NCBI RefSeq assembly: GCF_004010195.1
Contig: NC_057720.1
Location: forward strand, 5,174,611 to 5,194,610
Direction: 5' to 3'
DNA length: 20,000 bases
Source of the DNA: Chiloscyllium plagiosum
Taxonomy: Eukaryota
Shown: piece by piece, positions 1-10,419 of the stretch
Numbering within the stretch: position 1 is the first letter of the stretch
Layout: each line of letters opens with the position of its first letter
The notes under the pieces: generated by a model
Databases searched by the model: none
Told to the model about the DNA's origin: nothing
The model's input: only the letters and a program-made list of their open reading frames with translations
Program-made: the position numbers and the translations under genes

Positions 1-193
1 AAGTTCACTTGAGAATGTAACTCTAAAAACGTTTTGCGATTTACATGTGAAAGAACTGAAACCAACATGTTCATTTTAAAAGATGAAAGACTTAAACAAT
101 CCAGGTCTTTTTCAATATATAATTTCAGTTACATCACACTGTAAACTGTTGCTAAAATTCTGTCTTACAATCTTATAGTTTCCCCCCCCACCT
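1..193 (+). repeat. Fragment of an interspersed repeat, probably the 3' UTR of a shark Penelope-like element; cut by the window edge
   Basis: Recognised from memory as a common shark repeat (gttcacttgagaatgtaact...ttacatcacactgtaaac...tcttacaatcttata). There is no internal confirmation in this window. Confidence 0.4.
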
Positions 194-378
194 CACACAT
201 ATCCTCACATATGGATGAGGAAGGATAACACTTCGAATGGGACAACACATCCATCCTAGGACAAGCCAAACAAAGTCACGCACGAGAATTCCTAGAAGCA
301 TGGCATTCCAACAGGAACTCGAACAATAAACACACTGAGTTAGACCCCATCTTCCACCCCCACCCTTTGAGAAAAGGA

Positions 379-432
379 ACAGGAATTGACTTCACCACAG
401 GAAATATCATCACCACAGGAAATGACATCACC
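379..432 (+). repeat. 18-bp tandem repeat x3 within the PLE 3' region
   Basis: acaggaattgacttcacc / acaggaaatatcatcacc / acaggaaatgacatcacc. Confidence 0.85.
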
Positions 433-496
433 AACCCAAAGAAACCCAAAAATATAAATAGAAAGCAAAAATTTTCAGTATTGCTTCACCTGAGGC

Positions 497-535
497 CCAC
501 TGAAGATGTTACCTAGTAGGGAACGAAACATCTGG
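497..535 (+). ncRNA. Minimal type I hammerhead ribozyme motif (PLE-borne, stem III mutated)
   Basis: CCA-CTGAAGA-T-GTTACC-TAGTA-GGGAAC-GAAA-C-ATC-TGG: core boxes intact, stem I CCA/TGG, stem II closed by GTT/AAC. Confidence 0.7.
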
Positions 536-1655
536 AAATGAACCTTCCAGCTCAGCAAGCAAACCTACATCCAAAACCTCAAAATGAGCTACAAATCTTC
601 TCAAAACTCACTAATCATACTCATTGTATGTACAGAGGGGAAAAGGAAAGTGGTCTTTTTGTAGGTGGGCCTTTCTTCATGCATTGCACTGTAATAAGAA
701 GGGTCACAATCCAATGTCATTAAAGCACTGTCACAGGGCGGTGTTGCTTTTCTCCTGCAAAGAAACTTACTTGCCAATGCTGATATGAAAGACCATGCAG
801 ATAATGCCCAAAATAATGAAAGCCAAAGTCATTATAAACACATCCACCTGCACTAGTTGTACCATGAAAATCTAACTGGGCAAGTAACATCATGTCTTCT
901 GTAAAGTGAACAATGCCTTTTAAAGCTATGGAAATTAGTATGCTTTCAGTTTGTGATTTGGTGATAATTTGTGGAATATGTCAAACACCAATTTATGTTG
1001 AATACAACAGCTTTATTTCAGCATCAACGATATCATGCTGTTATCAAAACACTACTTGCAAACAGAAAGGAATGGAGTTGTGCACAAGGGGATTAATATG
1101 CAGCTTTTGTTAATAGCCCATAAGCAACTGATTAAAGTGTAATGAAGGGATTAGTTAATATTTATAAGTAAAACGATTATTGAAAATAATTCACAGATTT
1201 AACAATAGAGGGGAGGCAACAAATGTCTAGACTGTTAAAGCCTAATGAAGCATCAATAGTCGAAGTCATTTGTTAATAGATTACAAATAGCCACACTAGA
1301 GCCTCCATAATTAAATCAATATATTACAGATTTCCAAACACATCAGGAATGCATCAAAATTGCAATAATGAAAAAACATGAACAATCCATGACTTGCCAA
1401 ATCTCACGACCTTCCACTGAACAGAAGTTGAAATCAGGTTTTATAAAATTGAACACAAGTTTGTAACTCTACAGCAGCATCTATATAGAGTTCCTTTAGT
1501 TTACCATCAAACAACTAGTGGGAAAAATTCAGTTTTTACAGCAGAGTTTCAAAGAACGATCTTTTCCAAACCTCTTCCAGTGCATTACAGGCTTCACAAT
1601 TCTCCCAGCTGAGCAAATAGCTAATAAGCTTAAAGGTTTTAAAATAAACATTTCA

Positions 1656-1823
<168 letters not shown>

Positions 1824-2710
1824 CTAAAGAAAAATAATATTACAGAACATTTCTGAAGGGATCACCATGCAAGTTTAATTCATAGGAGGATATAGTTAAG
1901 GCTCAATCATTTAAACATGAAATGAAGTTCAGGTTAACCGATGAATCTGTATTCAATGATCATACTCAAAGAATTCTGCTCAAAATTTGATATCCGGCCT
2001 TCTATAAGGGTGGAGAAGGGAAATGAGTCTTGTCTGTGGGTTTCAATTTGAGTCAAATTAGCATGCAGAGATAGGCAAAATATTGCAAAATTTGTTCACA
2101 CCAGTTTTTTTCTTTCCTCTATTGCTCTTTGGGGCACAGGGTAAGGTGTAATATTGTTGAAAACAAGACTCATCACACTGTCTCCTACTCTAGCTCGCTC
2201 TTTCACAGGATCTGAAAACTGTGAAACTCCTTACCTTTCAGTGTTCCCTTCCTCCTATAATCTACAGGCTTTTTAAAACGTGATCCTGGCATCACCTAAT
2301 CACTGCGTGGCAAGTTAGCTCATCTTCTCTACTACTCTTTTCAACTTTTGGTCCTGCATAGTGTCCTGCACTATGAGCCCTGGCCTCTCACATTTCACCT
2401 AAGTTCTCAATAAAAAAAAGACAAGAAATAAATAAGAACATTAAGTAGACAAACATTAACTCTGAAGATTCACTATCAAAGTTTGTTTCATAAAAGCCCC
2501 ATACAAGTCATTATCAAAAGTGACTGGATTAGTAGACAGTCTCATTGTTTGCTGTTTTTCAGGGCGATAAATATTAGACAGAGCCACATTTCAAAAATCC
2601 TTACTGGAAAATGCATGTATAATAAAACAAAGAGAAAGTGCATTTGTCAAAATAGGGTTGACCTTGACTATAGCAAGGCCCACACATTGAATTGGTATGT
2701 GAAAATGGCA

Positions 2711-2919
2711 GCTGAAAAATGTGGGGCTGGAAAAGTGCAGCAGGTCAGGCAGCATCCAAGGAGCAGGAGAATCGACGTTTCGGGCATAAGCCCCTGAAGA
2801 AGGGCTTATGCCTGAAACGTCGATTCTAATGTTCCTTGGATGCTGATTGACCTGCTGCGCTTTTCCAGCAACACATTTTTCAGCTCTGATCTCCAGCATC
2901 TGCAGTCCCCACTTTCTCC
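2711..2919 (+). mobile_element. ORF-less palindromic PLE (Neptune-type) terminal-repeat element with a 15-bp TSD
   Basis: Inverted arms 2710-2793 and 2802-2885 match at 75/84, with an 8-nt loop and a 34-nt tail (2886-2919). The direct repeat tatgtgaaaatggca lies at 2696-2710 and 2920-2934. The arm is homologous to 17216-17310, which follows a GIY-YIG ORF. Confidence 0.88.
2794..2821 (+). ncRNA. Hammerhead core motif at the apex of the palindrome
   Basis: CTGAAGA-A-GGGC-TTAT-GCCT-GAAA-C-GTC; the 5' strand of stem I is replaced by the inverted arm. Confidence 0.6.
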
Positions 2920-3904
2920 TATGTGAAAATGGCAACCTGGGATGAGTATGAAAGGGTTCACTTGATCAGAATGTATTAGAACCATTTGGAGATTGGAGGA
3001 AAGCCAAAACTAAATTTATATCCTATATTTAATATGCCTAGTACCTTGGAAAGGTTACACAAGCAATGTAGAGTTTTAAATTGAGCCACACTTAATAGAG
3101 CAGTTAGTAGTCGGTTTGTTCTACAGCAGACCACAAAGTGTCTACTTTTAATTCATTTTCCTTCCTGTATTTAGCATACTAATCATGCCACTGATAACAG
3201 GAGGGAGCAGGGACATTAGTGAGATTGCTGTTCACTTTGCATGGATACATTGTTTCAATTTAATCCCACTAGTATTAGCAAGTTAGTTTATAAGAAAACT
3301 AATATTGCTCTTGATTGGCATCGAGCACATTAGTGTTCAGTTGTGCGGCGCAAAGGCTTAGCTCAGTGTGAAGTGAATGTTTAGCACATGGCCTTCACTG
3401 CTTTTTACATTGGGTCCCCACTCCACTAACTGCATCCTTGTGGTTAAGCTTACTTAGCACATTGGTGAAAATAATTACATTTATGGCACTGTGTTTTAAT
3501 GCACAAATGAAATCAGTGTTTTTTTGTCTTAATTTATCACCTCAAATTGCTCTGGTCAAAGTGGTAGGTTTATGCTCGGCAGGATGTCAAACTATGGATA
3601 CGGGCCTGAAAATAACTTTTTCCAAACACAATCCAAGTTTGCAAAGACAGAAATGTAGCACAGCCAGGCTCCGTGTTCTTCAGTAGGAAAATGGCTACCA
3701 TCCACCATTGCACTGCACTGAATAACTATGTCATTTCATATAATAATCTTTAAACCCACCACAAAAGGAACAAACATCATTCATTTGAATTGTAATAGGA
3801 GATTTAGTCAAGATCCTGCAGCCACTGTGTTTGTTTGCAACAAAATGGAATAAAAATCCTCTGTACCTACAGAGCACGCAAAGCTAGATATGATGGTCTG
3901 AAAT

Positions 3905-3965
3905 TCAAACATGTACATTAGCAAGAAGAATAGGCCATTCAGCTCCTTCAGCCTGTTCTACTTTC
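3905..3965 (-). mobile_element. Old CR1 LINE 3' tail fragment
   Basis: aataggccattcagctccttc is the reverse complement of the CR1-type tail gaaggctgaatggcctatt seen at 5671-5689. Confidence 0.5.
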
Positions 3966-4164
3966 TTCTTTATTTAAGTATTCCTGCAACCAGAATATTG
4001 CAAAATCTTGAATTAAGTATTTTCAACTTGATCTTGGAAAAGAATTCTAACCTGTGCTCACTTTGGTTTATGATACTCACCATCTGTTTCATTGGAAGTC
4101 ACTGATCTGAATCACATCAAAATATGTTGTTGTGGTTCTGTTCGCCGAGCTGAGAATTTGTGTT

Positions 4165-4204
4165 GCAGACGTTTCGTCCCCTGTCTAGGTGACATCCTCA
4201 GTGC
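4165..4204 (-). ncRNA. Intact minimal type I hammerhead ribozyme motif
   Basis: Minus strand GCA-CTGAGGA-T-GTCACC-TAGACA-GGGGAC-GAAA-C-GTC-TGC: both core boxes, a GUC cleavage triplet, stem I GCA/TGC and the ACGT palindrome in place of stem III. Confidence 0.78.
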
Positions 4205-4838
4205 TTGGGAGCCTCCTGTGAAACACTTCTGTGATGTTTCCTCTGGCATTTATAGTGATTTGTACCTGCTGCTTCCGGTTGTCAGTTCCAGCTGTCCGCA
4301 TGGAGAATTCAACACAAAGGTACACAGGAAAGCCACACACACAGACCAAGTCCTGAACTACGAAAGTAACCACCCCAATACACACAAAAGAAGTTGCATC
4401 AAGACACTGTTCAAAAGGGCCACAACACACTACAGTACACCAGAACTGCAAAAAGAGGAAGAAGAACACCTATACAATGTATTCGCCAAAAACGGATACC
4501 CGCGCAATTTCATCAACAGATGCCCAAGGGAAAGTCAACGGAATGAGGACATGCCACAACCCAAAGGACTAGCCACACTACCATACATCAAAAACATTTC
4601 TGAACTGACAGCCAGACTACTGCAACCACTAGGACTCATAACAGCACACAAACCAACAGCCACTCTCAGACAACAACTCACCAGGACAAAGGACCCAATA
4701 CCCAGCATGAGCAAAACCAATGTAGTGTTCAAAATCCCATGCAAGGACTGCACAAAACACTACATAGGACAAACAGGAAGACAGCTAACGATCTGCATCC
4801 ATGAACACCAACTAGCCACGAAACAACTAGCCACGTGT

Positions 4839-5145
4839 GGGCGGCACGGTGGCACAGTGGTTAGCACTGCTGCCTCACAGCGCCAGATACCCGGGTTCAA
4901 TTCCCGCCTCAGGCGACTGACTGTGTGGAGTTTGCACGTTCTCCCCGTGTCTGCGTGGGTTTCCTCAGGGTGCTTCGGTTTCCTCCGATGTGCAGGTCAG
5001 GTGAATTGGCCATGCTAAATTGCCCGTAGTGTTAGGTAAGGGGTAAATGTAGGGGTATGGGTGGGTTGCGCTTCGGTGGGGCGGTGTGGACGTGTTGGGC
5101 CGAAGGGCCTGTTTCCACACTAAGTAATCTAATCTAATCTAATCT
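4839..5145 (+). mobile_element. tRNA-derived SINE, HE1/V-SINE type
   Basis: A box TGGCACAGTGG (4850-4860), B box GGTTCAATTCC (4894-4904), V-domain tgtgtggagtttgcacgttctccccgtgtctgcgtgggtttcc, CR1-like tail gggccgaagggcctgtttcc and (AATCT)4 at 5126-5145. Confidence 0.92.
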
Positions 5146-5504
5146 AAACACGACCAGCTATCCTTAGTAGCCACACACACAGATGACAAGCAACATGAGT
5201 TCGACTGGGACAACACTATTATAGGACAAGCCAAACAGAGAACAACCAGGGAATTCCTAGAGGCATGGCACTCATCCACAGATTCAATCAATAAGCACAT
5301 CAACCTGGACCCAATATACCAGCCACTGCAGCGGACAGCTGGAACTGACAACCGGAAGCGGCAGGTACAAACCACTATAAATGCCGGAGGAAACTTCACA
5401 GAAGCGCTTCACAGGAGACTTCCAAGCTGTAGTTCTTCACTTTACACCCTTTTTCAGGTTGCCTCACTCAATGAAACTCCACATTAATATTGCGAATATA
5501 GCTA

Positions 5505-5700
5505 GGCCAGTATGCATTCTTAGCAAGAGGACTGCCATTTGGTATGTTACGATTTAAAGGAGTTGAGTAAAGCACTTGAGATAAGAAATCAAAAGATGTG
5601 GGAGAAGGGGAAAAGGGGAGGAGAGAAGCATGGGGAGGAGCCATATAATAATGGAGGAGGAGGGGAGTCAGAAGGCTGAATGGCCTATTCTTGGTTCTAT
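5505..5700 (+). mobile_element. Old degenerate CR1 3' end
   Basis: Ends in the CR1-type tail gaaggctgaatggcctattcttggttctat; the upstream part resembles the FK..LD..L C-terminus. Confidence 0.5.
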
Positions 5701-5702
5701 TT

Positions 5703-5844
5703 TGTGGAGGTGCTGATATTGGGCTGGGGTGGACAAAATCAGAAGTCATGGAAACCAGGTTATAGTCCAACAGGTTTATTAGAAATCACAAGCTTTCAGA
5801 GCGTTGACCCTTTGTCAGGTGAAACTTCAGCATGCCGAAAGCTT
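5703..5844 (-). mobile_element. Left part of a palindromic PLE terminal-repeat element (third family) with a degenerate HHR; the right arm resumes at 7406
   Basis: accaggttatagtccaacaggtttat...aagctttc is inverted relative to ccgaaagctt (5835-5844) plus ataaacctgctggactataacctggt (7406-7431). The minus strand reads CTGACAA-AGGGTCAACGCTCT-GAAA-GCT. Confidence 0.7.
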
Positions 5845-7405
5845 ATAGAGGCATAGAGATGTACAGCATGGAAACAGACCCTTCGGTCCATCCCTGTCCA
5901 TGCCGACCAGATATCCCAACCCAATCTAGTCCCACCTGCCAGCATCCGGCCCATATCCCTCCAAACCCTTCCTATTCATATATCCATACAAATGCCTCTT
6001 AAATGTTGCAATTGTACCAGCCTCCACCACATTCTCTGGCAGCTCATTCCATACACGTACCACTCTCTGCGTGAAAACGTTGCCTCTTAGGTCTCTTTTA
6101 CATCTTTCCCCTCTCACCCTAAACCTATGCCCTCTAGTTCTGCACACCCCGACCCCAGGGAAAAGACTTTGTCTATTTATCCTATCCATGTCCCTCATAA
6201 TTTTGTAAAACTCTATAAGGTCACCCCTCAGCCTGCAACGCTCCAGGGAAAACAGTCCCAGTCTGTTCAGCATGTCCCTGTAGCTCAGATCCTCCAACCC
6301 TGACAACATCTTTGTAAATCTTTTCTGAACCCTTTCAAATTTCACAACATCTTTCCAATAGGAAGGAGACCAGAATTGCATGCAATATTCCAACAGTGGC
6401 CTAACCAATGTCCTCTACAGACGCAACATGACCTCCCAACTCCTGTACTCAATTCTCTGACCAATAAAGGAAAGCATACCAAACACCTTCTTCACTATCC
6501 TATCTACCTGCGACTCCACTTTCAAACAGCTATGAACCTGCAAGCCAAGGTCTCTTTGTTTAGCAACACTCCCTAGGACCTTACCATTAAGTGTATAAGT
6601 CCTGCTAAGATTTGCTCTCCCAAAATGCAGCACCTCGCATTTATCTGAATTAAACTCCATCTGCCACTTCTCAGCCCATTGGCCCATCTGGTCCAAATCC
6701 TATTGTAATCTGAGGTAACTCTCTTCGCTGTCCAATACACCTCCAATTTTGGTGTCATCTGCAAACTTACTTACTTACCTCTTATGCTCGCATCCAAATT
6801 ATTTATGTAAATGACAAAAAGTAGAGGGCCCAGCACCGATCCTTGTGGCACTCCACTGGTCACAGGCCTCCAGGCTGAAAAACAACCCACCACCACCACC
6901 CTCTGTCTTCTACCTTTGAGCCAGTTCTGTATCCAAATGTCTCGTTCTCCCTGTATTCCAAGAGATCTAACCTTGCTAATCAGTCTCCCATGGGGAACCT
7001 TGTCAAATGCCTTACTGAAGTCCATATAGATCACATCTATTGCTCTGCCCTCATCAATCTTCTTTGTTACTTCTTCAAAAAACTCAATCAAGTTTGTGAG
7101 ACATGATTTCCCACGCACAAAGCCATGTTGACTATTCCGAATCAGTACTTGCCTTTCCAAATACATGTACATCCTGACCCTCAGGATTCCCTCCAACAAC
7201 TTGCCCACCACCGAGGTCAGGCTCACCGGTCTATAGTTCCCTGGCTTGTCTTTACTGCCCTTCTTAAACAGTGACACCACGTTTGCCAACCTCCAGTCTT
7301 CCGGCACCTCACCTGTGACTATCGATGACACAAATATCTCAGCAAGAGGCCCAGCAATCACTTTTCTAGCTTCCCAGAGTTCTAGGGTACACCTGATCAG
7401 GTCCT
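5845..7405 (-). mobile_element. 5'-truncated CR1 LINE (ORF2 reverse transcriptase and 3' UTR), frameshifted
   Basis: ORF pieces 6771-7361, 6415-6696 and 5926-6408 carry [48 protein letters not shown]-like and FTQRVV..WN.LP motifs. The tail is ...gtctgtttccatgctgtacatctctatgcctctat. Confidence 0.95.
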
Positions 7406-7447
7406 ATAAACCTGCTGGACTATAACCTGGTGTCATCTGACTCTACT
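7406..7447 (+). mobile_element. Right arm of the PLE palindrome split by the CR1
   Basis: Reverse complement of about 5741-5779. Confidence 0.7.
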
Positions 7448-7619
7448 TTCTATGTTTTGCACCTGCAATGTCAATGTAGGATTGAGTGACCAGATTGATG
7501 CAACGTTTGCAGCCAACAGGAAAACAGTACTGAATAGGTAACAGTTTCCACACACTCAAAGCAACATTGACATTTTCTTAAAACTTGACAATTTTTAATT
7601 GTATGTGCAAAGTGTCTTA

Positions 7620-7762
7620 GAAGCCCTTTCCAAACAGCATCTTCGCACCATGTGCTGCATCAGATGAAGGCAGCAGCACTCCACCATCTTCTTGTGAGCA
7701 ATTCAGAATGGGTAATAATTTACAGTCGAGCTAGCGATGCCCAAAACCCACGAACGAATAAA
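7620..7762 (+). mobile_element. Old LINE/SINE 3' tail fragment of the same type as the adjacent minus-strand LINE
   Basis: gaaggcagcagcactccaccatcttcttgtgagcaattcagaatgggtaataat...gatgccc...gaataaa aligns loosely with the reverse complement of 7841-7940. Confidence 0.55.
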
Positions 7763-8332
7763 GTTTCAGCTTTATTCACTTAGCAGACTGCACTTCTCTT
7801 TTCTGAATCTGGCTCACAATCCTTTGCCTGCTGCTTTGGTTTTATTCACTTGAAGGACATGGGCATTGTTGGCTGACCAGCATTTATTGACTGTCCTAAG
7901 CTGCCCTGGAGAAGGTAGTGGTGAGCTGCCTCCTTGAACTGCTGCAGTCCACTTGTGAGTTGACTGACAATGCTGTTAGAGAAGGAATTCCAGGATTTTG
8001 ATTCAGTGACAGTGAAGGAACGGCAATACATTTCCAAGTTAGGATGGTGAGTGACTTGGAGGGGACCTTGAAGGGGTGGCGTTCCACGTACCTGCTGCCC
8101 TTGTCCTTTTAGATAGTAATAGTCATGGGTTTGGAAGGTGCTGTTTAAGGATGTTTGCTGAATTCCTGCAGTGCATTGTGTAGATTGCACACATTGATGT
8201 AACTGAGCAACAGTGGTGGAGGGAGATGATGTTTTTGGATGTGGTGCCAATCAAGTGGACTGCTGTGTTCTGGATAGTGTCAAGCTTCTTGATTGTTGTT
8301 GGAGCTGCACCCATCCAGGCAAGTGGGAAATA

Positions 8333-8660
8333 CACTTAGACAACCCTTTATCCAAAATCCGAAAAGCTCCAAAATCCAAAGTTTTTCTGGTGAAGTTTTT
8401 CTCATTAGGAAGGTTGTTTGGCATGCAAACAGTTAACACAATTCCACACCCACTCAATGTGTGTCACTCAGATGAGAAATGTGGGGATCATGGCCCAGCA
8501 CTGGCCGACCTCAATTCTGTCTCAGGCCCATTACTCAGTCAGTCTGCTGTTCAGTAAGATCTTTTAAAATTTCATCGTTGAACTGTCACTTATTCTGAAA
8601 TTCGAAAAATTCTGAAAACCAGTTGGTCTCAAGCATTTCGGATAAAGGATTGTGTACCTG
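8333..8660. mobile_element. Non-autonomous Tc1/mariner-superfamily (Tigger/pogo-like) MITE, 328 bp
   Basis: TA at 8331-8332 and 8661-8662. TIRs CACTTAGACAACCCTTTATCCAAAAT and CAGGTACACAATCCTTTATCCGAAAT (reverse complement) match at 21/26. Excision rejoins the LINE frame (NTVMGY|FPLAWMGA). Confidence 0.85.
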
Positions 8661-10419
8661 TATCCCATCACGGTGTTGACTTGTGCATTGTAGATGATGG
8701 ATCGGCTTTGGGGAGTCATAAGGTAAATTATTCGCTGCAGCATTCCTAGCCTCTGACCTGCTCTTGTAGCTGCTCTGTTTATGTGGCGATTCCAGTCAAT
8801 GGTAACCCCCAGGATTTTGACAGTGGGTAATTCAGTGATGGCAACTTCATTGAATGTCAAGGGTTAGTGGTTAGATTGTTTCTTATTAGAAATGGTCACT
8901 GCCTGGCATTTATGTGGCTACGTGTCAGCCAAGCCTGGATATTGACCAGGTTTTGCTACATTTGAACATGGACTATTTCAGTTTCTAAAGAGTCAAGATT
9001 GGTGCTGAACATTGTGTACTCAGTGAACATCTCCACCTCTGACCTTATGATGGAGGGAAGGTCATTGATGAAGTAGCTGAAAATGGTTGGGCCTAGGACA
9101 ATACCTTGAGGAACTCCTGCAGAGATGTCCTGGAGCTGAGATGTCTGATGCCCAATAACCACAACAACGCTCCGGTGTGTCAGGTATGATTTTGGAGTGT
9201 TCGAGCCCGGTAGCCACTGATTCCAGTTTAGCTAGGGCTCTTTGATGCTACACTCAGTCAAATGTGGCCTTGAGGTCAAGGGTTGTCACTTTTCCATCAC
9301 CTCTGGGATTTAGCTCTTTTGTTCAAGTTTGACCCAAGGTTATAATGAAGTCAGGAGCTGATTGGCCCTGGCAGAACCCAAACTGGGCATCACTGAGCAG
9401 GTGCTTCTTACTGACACCTTTCATCACTTTACTAATGAATGAGAGTAGACTGATGGAATGGTAACTGGATAGTTTGGATTTGTCCTGCTTTGTGTGTATA
9501 GGCCATACCTAAAGAATTTCCCACATTGTCGGGTAATGCCAGCTTTGTGACTGTACTGGACCAGCTTGGCTAGGGAATTGGCAAGTTCTGGAACACAAGT
9601 TTTCAGTACTATTGCTGCAATGTTATCAGGGCCCATGGCCTTTGCTGCATCCAGTGTCGCATTTTCTTGACATCATGCAGAGTAAATTGAATTGGTTGAA
9701 GAATGGTATCTGTGATGCATGGGACTGGAGGAGGCTGAGATGGTCATCTACTTGGCACTTCTGGCTTAAGATTGCTGCAATGTTTCAGCCTTATGTTTTG
9801 CACTAATATTTCTCCCAGCATAGAAGATAAGGGTATTTGCGGATCCTCTTCCTCCAGTGAGTTAATTGCCTACTACCATTCACAACAGGATGTAGCAAGA
9901 CTGCTTAGAGCTGATCCATTGATTGTGGGATCATTTAGCTCAGTCTATAACTTGCTTTCAGCATACCAGTAATTCTGCTTGGTAACTTCATCAAATTGAC
10001 ATCTCATTTAGGTATGCCTGGTGCTGCTCCTGCACTCTCCACTGAACCTGGGTTGATCCCCTAGCTTGATTGTAATGGTTGAGTGGAGGATATGCCAGGT
10101 CATGAGGTTGCAGTTTGTGGAATACAGTTCTGCTGCTGACATGTGGGTCATGGATGCCCAGTCTTGAATTGCTAGTTCGAACTTTGTCCCATTTGGGGCA
10201 TGGTGAGAGTGCCACACAACACGATGGGGACATTCTCAAAGTGAAGGTGGGACACAGAGTCTGCAGAGTTCCCTCTTACTAATTGATAAGGATGAGGTCA
10301 AGTATCTTTTTCCCTGTTGGCTCTGCCACCACCTGCTGCAGACCTGGTCAAGCAGCTAACTTTTTTTTTGGATGCTATCAGCTTGATAAATAGTGCTGCC
10401 ATTGAGTCACTCTCAGTAA

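Larger units (their letters stand above)
205..612 (+). mobile_element. Penelope-like element (Poseidon-type) 3' fragment: GIY-YIG C-terminus plus terminal repeat
   Basis: Translates as HFEWDNTSILGQAKQSHAREFLEAWHSNRNSNNKHTELDPIFHP, homologous to 5150-5330. It is followed by a UTR with an HHR motif and a gagctacaaatcttctc tail. Confidence 0.85.
4125..5427 (+). mobile_element. 5'-truncated Penelope-like element (Poseidon-type) with an inverted 5' terminal repeat; RT thumb plus GIY-YIG endonuclease, interrupted by a SINE
   Basis: 4300-4835 reads ...HRKATHTDQVLNYESNHP...TLPYIKNISE...NVVFKIPCKDCTKHYIGQTGR...HEH and resumes at 5146 (HDQLSLVATH...FDWDNT...REFLEAWHS). Segment 4203-4299 is the reverse complement of 5331-5427 (89/97). 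Confidence 0.93.

Noticed and set aside
379..432. CRISPR-like array
   Set aside because: Three head-to-tail 18-mers with no spacers, inside a PLE UTR.
2711..2885. MITE or DNA transposon interpretation of the palindrome
   Set aside because: The 15-bp TSD, the asymmetric 34-nt tail and the homology to the 3' repeat of GIY-YIG retroelements point to PLE retrotransposition.
2483..2935. Two opposite-strand ORFs sharing the peptide AEKC.AGK.QQV.QHPR..RIDVSGISP
   Set aside because: This is an artefact of the DNA palindrome; the same pseudo-peptide recurs at 11483 and 17163 in other repeat copies.
4839..4910. tRNA gene (also at 13840-13924 and 14770-14829)
   Set aside because: The A/B boxes belong to SINE heads followed by SINE bodies and tails; no complete cloverleaf is evident.
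4092..5018. 308-aa ORF as a novel or domesticated gene
   Set aside because: It is a chance fusion of an inverted PLE UTR, a truncated PLE RT-thumb/GIY-YIG segment and a SINE head. It has a non-ATG start, lacks the RT core and is antisense within an intron.
5926..7361. Functional reverse transcriptase gene or prokaryotic RT system
   Set aside because: It is a 5'-truncated CR1 ORF2 with a frameshift at the (TAAG)n run near 6767-6778 and stop codons, in a vertebrate intron.
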